Source of the DNA: Geosiphon pyriformis uo1
Lineage: Eukaryota; Fungi; Glomeromycota
Reading direction: 5' to 3'
DNA length: 64,000 bases
NCBI GenBank assembly: GCA_016748015.1
Contig: JAAOMT010000504.1
Coordinates: forward strand, 119,129-183,128
Shown: positions 1-11,657 of the stretch, one piece after another
Layout: every line of letters starts with the position of its first letter
Position numbering within the stretch: position 1 is the stretch's first letter
Program-made: the position numbers and the translations under genes
The notes under the pieces: model-generated
Database searches by the model: none
What the model saw: only the letters and a program-made list of their open reading frames with translations
What the model was told of the DNA's origin: nothing

Positions 1-493
1 TTATGGAATGCTAGCACTAAAACACTTGGCTATCTATTGGACTATCATCAAATAGAAAAAATACTTGAGTCAAAAGTTTGATATGTATACTGATTATAAA
101 GAATTGACTTTAATTCAGAAGTAAAAATTTGGAGATGACTACTATGTCAGATAGAAAATAGAACTTTTACTATTAAATTATACAGTACATTACAAAAAAG
201 AAAAAGAAAAAGAAAATGCTGACAGCTTGTCATGAATGAAACAAATTTAAAAAAAAACATTTCAATCCAAAAATATAAAAAAAGATGAATATACAAAAAT
301 ACCAACAACTCCAACATTATAAAATACCCAATTGTTTAAGGAAAAATTATCTTAAAAAGAACAAAAAAACATAAAACAACAATCAAAATATTTTATCAAT
401 CATCAAAATATACTTTACCAGAAGAACAAAAAAAATCCAAATCAACTAACCAGAGTAATTACAGAACCAGAAAAAGAGACAATATTATTCAAC

Positions 494-1666
494 ATGCACT
501 CAAATCCAACAGCAAAACATTTTCATAAAGAAGCAACCATAAAAAAAACCAGGAAAAGATATTATTGGCCATCTATGTATTCAGACATCATCTAATATGT
601 TAAAAATTGTGATGCTTGTTAAAGAAGAGGAGGGACAAAACCCAGTGAGCCATTGAAACCAATTAAAGTGGAACAACTATTTGATTACATTGAAATTAAC
701 TTAATCAGACCATTAATTATAACCAGCAGAGGCAACAAATATATTGCAGTAGCCATGGATTATCTCACTAAATGGCCAGAAGCAAAAGTCATTCAAAGAG
801 CAGATGCAGAATCTATTGCCAAATTTGTTTATCAAAACTTGATCTGTCAATATGAATGTCCAAAAAAATTGTTATCTGATTAAAAAACTTACTTTATAAA
901 TAGAACATTGACAGAATTGAGTCAAAGATTTGGGATAAAAAGACTATTATTATTACCATACCATCCACAAACAAATGAGTTAGTTAAGAGATTTAACAGA
1001 ACATTGTGTGAAGCAATTACTAAAATTAGTCAAGAGAACCAAGACAAATAGAATTTGTTTATACTATTGGTATTATTTGCTTATTAGACAATAAAGCAAA
1101 ACACTACACAAGCAACACTATTCGAATTAATATATGATAGAACAGCAACATTACTAGTTGAGATAGAAATCAAAACATATCCAACAAAACCAATAACAGA
1201 AGAGAATTTTCAAAGAATATTGTTGAGAAGAACATATGACTTAATAGAAACATTAGAAAACACATGATAAAAAGCAGCTGATAACATCCAAAAATCACAA
1301 AAAAAACAAAAAAAAAGACATAATAACCAACTACCAGAGAAACCAGTTGAATTTAAGATTGAAGACAAAGTACTTTTACATCATACCAAAGCAAAAAAAC
1401 AATAGAGTAGAAAATTTGATCCCAAATAGGACTGATCATTTCACATAGAAAAAATTTTAGGAAATGGAACTTATAAATTAAGATTAAACAACAAAATTTT
1501 GATTAAATCAGCACAGGGTAATTGACTAAAACCATATTACAATACAACACCATTATCTACCAGTAATATTTTACAATTAGGAGTACAAAAAATACTAGTC
1601 AAACCAGATGAGATTCCACAAGATCTGGAACCAATCATAGTTATTAAACCAAACACGTCAAATTAA
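494..1666 (+). pseudogene. Gypsy integrase (HHCC, DDE core, GPY/F-like tail, no chromodomain), inactivated
   Basis: Translation across stops matches the integrases of E2/E3/E5 and ends ...EIPQDLEPIIVIKPNTSN*. Confidence 0.88.
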
Positions 1667-1722
1667 ACAACCAAAAAGAGTATATAAAGACATAGTATAT
1701 GTAATAAAAGCAACAAAGAATA

Positions 1723-2356
1723 ATAGAAATACCAGACCATATTCAAACTTTAGCTTAACAATTGTTTCAGGCTTTAAGTCAACAGCAAATAAACATAGAA
1801 ATTATTATCAACAACCAAACAATTTGTTATCAAAACACCAAACAAAAAGAGAAAAGTATACTATACTAGTGACCATAAAAACAATCAATAAACTGGTCAG
1901 ATAAAATAGTAGAGAAAGTAAAGAACACATTTGGAAAGATAACCATCATGAGTTCAATAGAAAAACTGGTGAAAAAAAATTAAAACCAATAGTTAAACTA
2001 ACTTCTAATACCTTACTGCTACTACTAATTGAGACAAAAAGTAGATATTCAGAAGTTATATCTTAACAAATCCAAGAGAATCTTCAATCAAAAGATAATT
2101 TGGAATATTGAAGACATTATTAGAAAAAAAACAAACTTGACACTACACATCAAGACTATTTATCAACTACACACTATATTTCAAACTACTCAGAAGTATT
2201 GTTACATTCTGACATTAAACAATAATTATCAACCAATAAAGAAAAATGAACAACTCACAAATTAAAGAGATAAAGAATAGAGTAGAACAGATACTACTTG
2301 AAAAAGAAGTATTTGACATAATTCAAAATAAAAATTTTAATGGAGCTCAATATTAA
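1723..2356 (+). pseudogene. Accessory ORF3 (allele A) of E1, unknown function
   Basis: (M>I)EIPDHIQTLA*QLFQALSQQ...PYCYY*LRQKVDIQKLYLNKSKRIFNQKII...IYQLH...QILLEKEVFDIIQNKNFNGAQY*; includes ORF-track 2029-2265. Homologous to the same interval in E2/E3/E5; its stop abuts the PPT. Confidence 0.75.
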
Positions 2357-2369
2357 AAGAAGGGGATAA

Positions 2370-3218
2370 TGTTACTTATAAAAAGAAAACAGATATAATA
2401 GACCAATAAGAGAATAGTAGTTAGCACATGAACACATTGCTTAGCAATATGAAGCAATATCAGAAATCACAGCATATTGCTCAGCAATGTGGAGCAATGT
2501 CAAAAGTCATGGCACATTGTTTAAGAAATCATAGCTCATTGCTCGGGAATGTGAGCAATTTTATAAAACATCAATTATATATATATAGCAGTAGCATTAA
2601 AAGAAAAAAAAAACAGATCTTTTAGGTTAGATTTAATCTAAGCAATCTTTTCATCTACAAATATTAATAAATAATTATTTACTATCTTAATCCATTTTCT
2701 ACTATCTACATTTCATGTTGATAGTCATTGATATATAAATCATGTTGAAACAATAGCTCTTGATCATGACTATTGACAGGATACTAACTTGCAAATTGCC
2801 TTGGCTTATTCTTCTTTATATTTTTCTTTATCTCTTTTATCTTTTTTTTTTCCTTGGTTTTGTGTTTACTAATTAATTGAAAATTAAAGTATTAAATTAT
2901 TGATGTCAAAGATAGCCTGGTAAAAGACCCAAAAATAAGGGTAAAAATATAGATATATTAACAAAAAGCTTACCAGAAGGGCATAACTACTAGAATAAAT
3001 CTGGCCACCAAGCTGAAAAAAAAATTGAACATAATTGCATTTCAAAAAAACTATTACAATCATCACTGAATCTCTGTTCATTATACAAAAGACTCAACCA
3101 AAACCTTTAAATAATACCAACAAACCAATATTACCAACATTATTCACCATATTAATTACTGAGCACCAAGTTATAGATTTGTTATTTGATTTAAGACCCC
3201 AAATAAACATTTGTAACA
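2370..3218 (+). repeat. 3' LTR of E1 (U3 type A)
   Basis: TG...CA ends with inverted termini (TGTTAC/GTAACA), directly after the PPT. Contains ACATTGC-N3-GCAATGT repeats (~2425-2560), TATATATA (~2577-2588) and AATAAA (~2666); R/U5 is shared with the other LTRs. Confidence 0.92.
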
Positions 3219-5930
3219 CCACTTATAAAGATGAAATCTATCACTTTTTTGACCTTTCAAAATTGCTCTAAGTAGGAACTTTCACCAACAAATGTTCATT
3301 AAAAGTATTGACCAGGCCCAAATTCAAGCAAAACTTGAAACTAACACTTCTCTTGAATTTATTTTCATTAAAATTACCACTTAAAACCACAAAAAAACTA
3401 AAATTAACCACCTTAGAAATCATAAAATTGATATTAGCAGCTTGGCCAAAACAAACACCAATGAATGCACCAACATAAAGACCCAAAATCATAACTGAAA
3501 GTTTGTTCTTGAACAGAAAATACACAAAGATCAACCAACCAAGAACTTTCTTCACTTTAGACATATAACAAACCAAAAAAATGTTCATAATTATGGCAAC
3601 CCCAGTACCAAGAAAACCTGCATCCAAACCAAAAGTGAAAACCCAAATTCCATCAAACTTATTCATGATTCATGGCCTAATGCTAGATCTTAATTTTGTC
3701 TTTGTAATAATTGAAACCATATTTCCTGATTTTTTATGCCAACAAATAACATCTTCCTGTTTTGCAGGAACATTGATATCCCTAATATTGTATATAATAA
3801 ATTTTCAAACCAAATTACTTATTGAAAATTAGAGAAAGCTGATGAATCCAATCCAGAGTACAAATGATCCAATTTTTTCAAAACTAAATTAATTAATACT
3901 TCTAATGCCACTATTTTTGACTCCAAACCACTTACCTTGATGGTCAAAATCTTAGAACTACTAAAGCTAAAACCAGATACATCATTATTAATACCAAAAA
4001 AAAAAAGAACAGATGGCATTAACACATTATCCACAGCCATATCCAAATTCAAACCCGAATCCAAAGATGTAGAAGCAACAGAAAAGGAAGTAAGAAATAA
4101 AGACACCAAAGACACCAACTCAATAAAGCTTAACTTCCTTAAGATACCAGAAACTTAGTCTACCAGAAGCTTCAAAGAGTGCTTCAGAAAAGCCAAATGG
4201 TTATGTAAAACAGAGTTACTAAAGGAAGCAAAGATTGCTAAAAAGATTTTAGCACTAGAAGATGAACCAGCACCAAAAAAAAATAAAAAACCACATAAAA
4301 AGAAGAGCTACTAGCAACTTGGGCTCAAGCTTTACCACTAAAAAAAACTAGGCAGGCAATTGGGGCCTGCTTTTTCTTATATATATTGGCCAAACAGATT
4401 TGATCTTAAGCCATTACCACTCACTTACTGTGTACACCAGAATTTCCACTCAAAAAACAATCACTTGAAATGTGATTAAATTGTTTACACAATGCACAGC
4501 AAGCCAAAAAAAGACCAGCCCAATGCAAATTCATGTCTTTGAAAACCAAAACAGAGCCAATAGCAGCCAATCTAGATGCCTTACTATCAAAACAAATTAC
4601 AGTGCATTTATTACAAATATAAAAACCAGAATTATGGCCAATGAAATATGTTTTTTTATTATATGATTCCAACAAACTAAAATGATTATGAGCAGATATA
4701 CCAACTGGAAGAGTATAAAGCAAAGCCCAATGCTGATCTCTGAATACTTATAATTGTTTATTATTAATAGCCAAAGTCATATGCACAGAATCTTTTTTCA
4801 TAAAAATCAACCACTTGGATGCAACCAAACTGGTAACATTAAGAGATTCAAACTCTACCAAAGCTTTTTGCTATAGGCTAATTAATTGTATTTTAACTGA
4901 AATCATCTTATCAAATTTGGAAAAAACAGATTCTACAGCCAATTTGAGAAGATTAACTGGAATTTTTTTGATAATTATATCCTAATTTGAATAACTGCTT
5001 GCTTTTCTAACATTATTGTTTACTATAATTTTTTTACAAATTGCCAATTTTTTAGCCTTATTTAGACTCAATTTAAATGTAAAAGAGAATCTGATGATCT
5101 CTAAAAATTTTAAGAAAATAAAAGCTCTTCCAAAACTATTGATTTGATAAAAATTTTTTTTGATTGAAATTAACTTATTACTACTAGTTTTTTTAAATAC
5201 AGCAGTTAATTCAACATCCAAAGCAAACAATTTTACTGGCTTGAAGCTTTATTTTTTTAGGACAGATGATTTGACAGATGGCAGCTGATTGAAACTATTA
5301 AACTTTGGAAATAAAAGACTCAGCACATTTTCATTATCACTTATAATGTCAAATATTAAGAGTTTTTAGAGAATTATCTAGTATGTATGTTCAGATACAA
5401 GTTTTTTTCAATGTAGCTTTATTTATATTATCATCTTTACCTAATTCTGAATAGCTTGTTTCTTCAGCAACCATGTTTGCCATATTCTTAACATCTAAAA
5501 GATTATTCACACTGCTAATAACACTGCCAACTTTGCTTTCTTAAGATATTACAAGCTTATTGCTAGAAACACCAATATTTTTCAGGGCCAGAGGGCCAAT
5601 AAACAAGTTAACCAAAACACCACCAGCTTCAAGTTTCTTTAGCTTTTTATACAATGCACCATAAGAGTAAACACTTTCTACACACTTTTTTTTGGTATTA
5701 GGGCAGATCTCAAACTATTTAAATCCGAATTAGAGCCACCAGCAGAAAAATTTACTAGTTCTATGACAATAAAAACAAGTATATTAGAAGAAATAATTAT
5801 GAAAAGACAAAAGAGAAAGAAAAAAAGGAGGTATTAAATCTTCAATAAATTTTTACTCTTGTTGTGGTCAAGGGATTAATAAGAAAAAGATTGTCAACCA
5901 AAATTTATAAAACTTCTTTGGCAAAAAAAT
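3219..5930 (-). mobile_element. Non-LTR retrotransposon (LINE) copy A: 5'UTR, ORF1 (~5764-3819) and start of ORF2 AP-endonuclease (~3822-3219), interrupted by E1
   Basis: ORF1 relic starts (M>I)ELVNFSAGGS and has a CCHC knuckle CALCKQFNHISSDC (~4460-4510). ORF2 relic has NIRDIN...ITKTKL, GVAIIMN, ILGLYVGA, VLSGNFN and IDFIFIS, matching APE motifs. The 5' boundary is approximate. Confidence 0.8.
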
Positions 5931-6320
5931 TTTAAAATATTAAAAAAAGTTGTAAAATAATAAATAATTTGGTATTTACTTTATAAGTTTCTATCTATTT
6001 ACTTTATAATTTTTTAAAATATTCAAGAATTTAAATGTATGCTAAATTATCTAGTATAAATTTTATTGGTTTTTTATAATAAAGTTTTAAATTTATGGTT
6101 AACAAAAATTTATATCAACAATATTAAGATAAAGTATTTTGTTAATTAATTATTTTATATTTAAAATAATTAAAGCATAATTGTTTTATTTCAATGTACA
6201 TTTTATTAAAATCTAAATCAGCTACAACTATAATCTTTTTAAATTTTAACTAGTATATGTATAATAAAATCTAGCTACTTAAATTAGAATGATAATTACA
6301 ATATCTATTATAATATTATC

Positions 6321-7004
6321 TGTATAACTATTGTTTTGTAGACCTGAACCCAACCTAATAGATCAGTTTGAATTTCTAGTTTTGTAGATTTAATTGGTTC
6401 TTGAGTCTTAATAAAGACCCAAACTAATAATACTCAAACTTGAACTTGTAAAATAATAATATAAAGCTAATTGGCTGTTTTTTATATAGATTATATCATT
6501 TTTATAATACATAAATGTTATAAATTTAAACTAGTTATTTTTTGTTTGTTTTTATTTTATATTATAAAATTTTTTACATACTGCTTTAAAATAATAATAA
6601 ATTATTATCAAGTAAAATAGTTTCTAATAGGTAATATATTTTTATTTAAAAAATTTATAGCATTAGTAATAATATAATAACCAATAAGCAAAGCAATATA
6701 AATAGTAATATGTTTAAGATTATCATAGAGAGAACTAAATGATTAAATATATTTATATAAATTATTAAAGTTTAATTGATTTTAATAATAGTTTGTAAGT
6801 CTTATGTTTAAAATATTAAGTACATTTCATTAATTGGGTTTCTAATAAATTTTTAATTATAATTTTGACCAGTTCTGAATCTGGTTTGTGTTTATTTTAG
6901 TCAAATCTGGGTCTATTATTAGACTCAAACTGGTTTTCCAGTTTGGATTCAGTTTTTTGCTAAAACTCGGACCAAACTAGATCATAAAAAACACTAGTTT
7001 TACA
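6321..7004. mobile_element. Possible non-autonomous TIR element (MITE-like)
   Basis: Imperfect terminal inverted repeat: TGTATAACTATTGTTTT vs reverse complement of the right end TGTAAAACTAGTGTTTT. GC-richer subterminal GACCC/GAACC-type repeats flank an AT core. No clear TSD. Confidence 0.4.
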
Positions 7005-10000
7005 AAAAGTAAATTTTTTTAATATATATATGTACTAAAAAATAATAATAATACATTTAAAATTTTAAATTACATATATATAATCAATAAATTAATCAAT
7101 TTAAATATTTGAATAGAGAAATTTCATTAAGCAATATCTTTTTATATAATTTAAATTGTTAAAACTTAAATTAATATACTATTTTTAATATCAATTTCTA
7201 TAAAAATAAAGAAAATTTATATTAGCTTTCTTAAAAAATTTTTATCAAAACAATTGTTCTCATTAAAATATTTAAAAAAAATATATTTTGTTTACATCCA
7301 AGTTTTCATATTTGTTTATCAAAAATCGGATCAAATTTATGGAGCTATATTTATTTAAATAGAAATATTTTTATGGTTTTCTTAAATGTGTAAACTCAAA
7401 TTTAATTTATCATTATATTTCTTAATTGCTTATGAATATTATAATAGCAACTTAATCAATGCCTTGTTTCATTATATTATAAATTTAAATAAATTGCTTT
7501 TGAATTTTAAAGTTAGAGAAAATAAAATTTAAGTTTATTCACAAATAATAATGGCTTAAGAGCTCTAAAAAATAGATTGTTTTGTTATACTATTCTTAGA
7601 AATTATAACTCCAATAAAAATTTTTGTTTTATAATAATAGGATGTAGTTATACAAACTATGCCAAAAAAATTTTTCTATTCCTAATTTTTTTGGAAAAAG
7701 TTGCTTTAGCATTGATTGCTTTAGTTAAAGCATAAACAATTTTTTTTTAAAATATTGCACCATAAGAATGCATTCAATATATTAATTCAAATTCTTTAAA
7801 AATTTAAATTTTACATTTAATGAGATTATGGATAACATAAACAAAATTAAGAAAAGTTAATATCTAACACAAATAAATAATGTTAATTTTTTGTTAATTT
7901 GAGAAATCATTTCAAAAAAAAACTGATTAATTAAATTTAAATTTTCTAATTGTTGAATTTTTATCATAAAAAAAAATGTCATAATGCTTTTATTGTAAAT
8001 ATTGCATTTCTAATAAAGATTATAATTCAATTAAAAGTAAATCTAATAGCTTTTATTTTTTAAATACTTTGAGTTTTATCAGAAAATTTTGGAATTTCTT
8101 CTCTTTATTTCTAGTATATTAGTTGTAAACCACAAAAACAAATTTTCATATTATTGTCAAATATTTTTTACTTTTAACAAAGTTCAAATTCAAAATTTTT
8201 TAAATACATACTTAATTTAAAATATTCAGAAATTATAAAAATTTAAATAATAGGTTTTCACTATAATCTTTTTTGGTTTTTAACATGCAAAAACTTTAGT
8301 TTTTTCATGAACTTTGCTTTCAGATTTTTTTAAAACTTTTTAATAGAGAATATCTTAAACAAAAGATATTAAGGCTTCATTTTTCTTGATTTTCAACAGT
8401 TAAAATTGATAAAATAAAGCTTATATTTTAATCTGGTTTTTCGATCTTTCAAATTTTATATATATATTTTTTTTTAATTTATTTTAAGCATAAATACCAA
8501 AGTGACAAGTTAATTTACTTACCGCGAAACAAGCTTTTAATCTATTTTTTGCAATTTCATATTATCTTTATAATTAACCAATAATCTTGAACTGTTTCAG
8601 AATTTTTTATCAGTTATAACTTCATTTTTTTAGCAATAAGAGACAAAATATTTTTTTGATTGTAAATTGTTATGTTTAATCACTCAATAATAATTATTCT
8701 AGCTCCAAATTTTATCATCAACATAATAATTGTAAAATTTTCAATTTTAGTAATTAAGCAAATACTAATAATTATCTTAAAACTATTTATTTCATGCTCT
8801 ATAGGGAAGAAGCATGCATAGGAAATCAATTCAGCAAAAATGTTCTGATATTTCATGTTTATAAAAAATTTTTATAATTTGGAAACAATTAAAAATACTA
8901 ATCAAATAAAAACTTTATGATTGGTAATTCAAATATGTGTTTTTCAACATGTCAATTTTTTTAAAATTGATAAACTATTATTTCAGAATTTATTGAAAAA
9001 GTTATAATTAAACAGATTGAATCTCCAATACCTTTTTTATGGCTTTCAATTCTTACCAATTGTGAAAAAATTACCTAAATAAAAATCTCAGCATTTGCTT
9101 TAAGAAAACACAATGAGTTCAAAAATAGTAATAAGTTACAAATACAATTGCTCTGAATAACTCATGTTCAGAAAATTTATAAAAATTTTCATAATTCAAC
9201 AGATTTGTTATCAAATAAAAATTATTAGCTAACACAAAAAGCAATTTAAATTATCATCATAGATATAGAAAAATATCAGCATTTATGTTGTTTCTTACTT
9301 CTACAAATTCACAACTTATTAACAACCAGTACAAGTTCTTTAAAAAATCTAATGTCAATTTAATTGATCACTAATAAACTAAACATATTGTTGCTAACAC
9401 CACACATTTTTTTGGTGACATTACTATTGAAAAACTATTTTACATATTCCAATTAACTATTTTTTTTCTTTTTTTCAATTATTAAAAAACATATCAAGCC
9501 TAAAGTCAATGAGTTTTTATTCTTCCACATCAAAAAAAAATTTTGAATGTGTTCATCTTAATTTAAAAAAAAATTTTCATAATTTATGCTCATATGTAAA
9601 AAATATTACAAATAATCATAAAAACTCTTTTTTTTTCTTTTACTAAATTTAGAAATAAATTTTAATAATATAATGCTTTTCAATAATCACATTATCCATA
9701 TATTTTGAAGTTTGTAATTCTATACATACAACATTCATGTATTTAAATATTTAAGCTACACTAATAAGAAATTTTTTTTGGATTTTCTAAATTTTTTATT
9801 GTATTTTCTATTGTGTTGTACAGGTTATATATGAATAATTTAATATTAATATTCTTTATTTCTTCTTTTTCAAAATCTTATTGTTTTTTAATTATCATAT
9901 TCTTGGCTTCAAATTTCATAAATATTTAGAATAATTCTAATATATTCAAGATTATTGAACATATTAAGCCATTTTTTCTCTTTAACAAAATTAGTTTTTA

Positions 10001-10162
10001 CTTAAAACCTTAGAGTAAACTATTCAAAGCTTAAGTTATAATTTTTTGTAGCTTTTTAATCTTAAAAAATTCAAAGCAATGGTAATGACTATAACATATG
10101 CATATATTTATTTATTTTAATTATTTATGTTAAATGTTTTTGTAATAAATTTTTGTTCTTAG

Positions 10163-11004
10163 TATTACAGATAATTATTTGAGATCTTAAAACAAATAAC
10201 AATCTGTAACTTGGTGCTTAATAGTTTGTTTGATTGGTAGTATTTGAAAATTTTGTTTGAATTCTTTGTATAATTGATAAAGATTCAAGTATTGTTTCTA
10301 TCTATAGCTTCTTAGAATTGCAATTTTGTCAAATTTTTTTCTTTAGCATGGTGGCCAGTTTATTCTGACAGTCGTGCTCTTTTGGTAAGCTATTTTTAAT
10401 CTTTCAAGTATTCTACTCTTATTTTATGGGTCTTTTACCAGGCTATTCTTAACATTAATAACTTAGTGCTTAATTTTTAATTAATTAATATACAACAAAC
10501 AAAAATAAAAGAAATAAAAGAATATAAAAAAGAAATTTAAGCCAAAGCAATTTATATTAGTATTCTGTCAATAGCCATAATCAAAAGCTATTGTTCTAGT
10601 GTAATTAAGTATTAGATACTATCAACATAAAGTGTTGATAGTAGAGAGAGTGATTTGAATAGTAAATAGTTATTTTATTAATATTGATAATTCTAACTAA
10701 GATGTTTTTTTCTTTTGGAAAATTTATTTTTTCTACTTTTAATGCTCTTACTATATATACATAATTTGGGTTTTATAATATTGCTCATATTTTCAAGTAA
10801 TGTGCTATCATCTTTTAAATAATACTCTATATTGCTAAGCAATGTGCTATGATTTTCTAACAATATTCCATATTGCTGAGCAATATGCCATAATTCTTAA
10901 CAATGTTTTATATTGTTGAGCAATATGCTCATGTGTTAACTTCTATCCTATTAGTTTATTTGTTTTTCTTACTATTTTCTTGTATGCTTTTTCTATGAGT
11001 AACA
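10163..11004 (-). repeat. 3' LTR of E2 (U3 type A)
   Basis: Reverse complement of the E1 LTR structure, with (C/T)ATATTG(C/T)T(G/A)AGCAAT repeats at ~10780-10935; ends ...GAGTAACA at 11004 next to the PPT. Confidence 0.9.
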
Positions 11005-11017
11005 TTATCTCCTCCTT

Positions 11018-11657
11018 TTAATATTAAGTTCTATTAAAATTTTCATTTTAAATTAGTTTCATAATTTTTCTTTCTAGTACTGTTTGTTTAACTCTGCTTC
11101 TTATATCTTTGATTTGTAAATTGTTCATTCTTTTCCATTGATTAATGATTATTGTCTTTATGTTAGAATATAGCAATATTTTTGGGTAGTTCTGAAAAAT
11201 CATGTATAGTCAATAGATTGTTCTAATATGTAGTGTCAGATTTGTTTTTTTTCCAATAATATCTTCAATGTTTCATATTATCTTTTGATTGAATATTCTT
11301 TTAGATTTGTCAAGATATAACTTCTGAATATCCAACTTTTGTTTTACCTAATAGTAGTAGTATGATATTAGAAGTTGTTCTATCTACTGTTTCCAGTTTT
11401 TTTTGAAAGTTTCTCTGTTGAGACCATGATGGGTATTTTCCCAAAAGTGTTTTTTACTTTTTCTATTATTTTATCTGACCAGTGTTTGTTTAGTTCTGTG
11501 GTTGCTAATATAGTGTATTCTTTGCTTTTTTTTCTTGTTTGATGTTCTGATAGCAGATTGTTTAGTGATTAATGACAATTTTCATGTCTAATTGTTGTTG
11601 ATTTAAGACTTGAAATAATTGTTGAGCTAAGATGTGGATATGATCTAATATTTCTAT
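11018..11657 (-). pseudogene. Accessory ORF3 (allele A) of E2
   Basis: Colinear with and closely similar to E1 1723-2356, lying between the integrase stop and the PPT. Confidence 0.72.

Larger units (their letters stand above)
1..3218 (+). mobile_element. Ty3/Gypsy LTR retrotransposon copy E1, 3' part (RNase H end, integrase, ORF3, PPT, 3' LTR); degenerate, runs off the left edge
   Basis: Decayed integrase with HHCC-like start (HSNPTAKHFH...CDAC), ORF 653-883 (YIAVAMDYLTKWPEAK...LLSD) and GPF/Y-like tail. PPT AAAAGAAGGGGATAA at 2355-2369, then LTR TGTTAC...TGTAACA. Right flank starts CCAC in LINE sequence. Confidence 0.93.
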
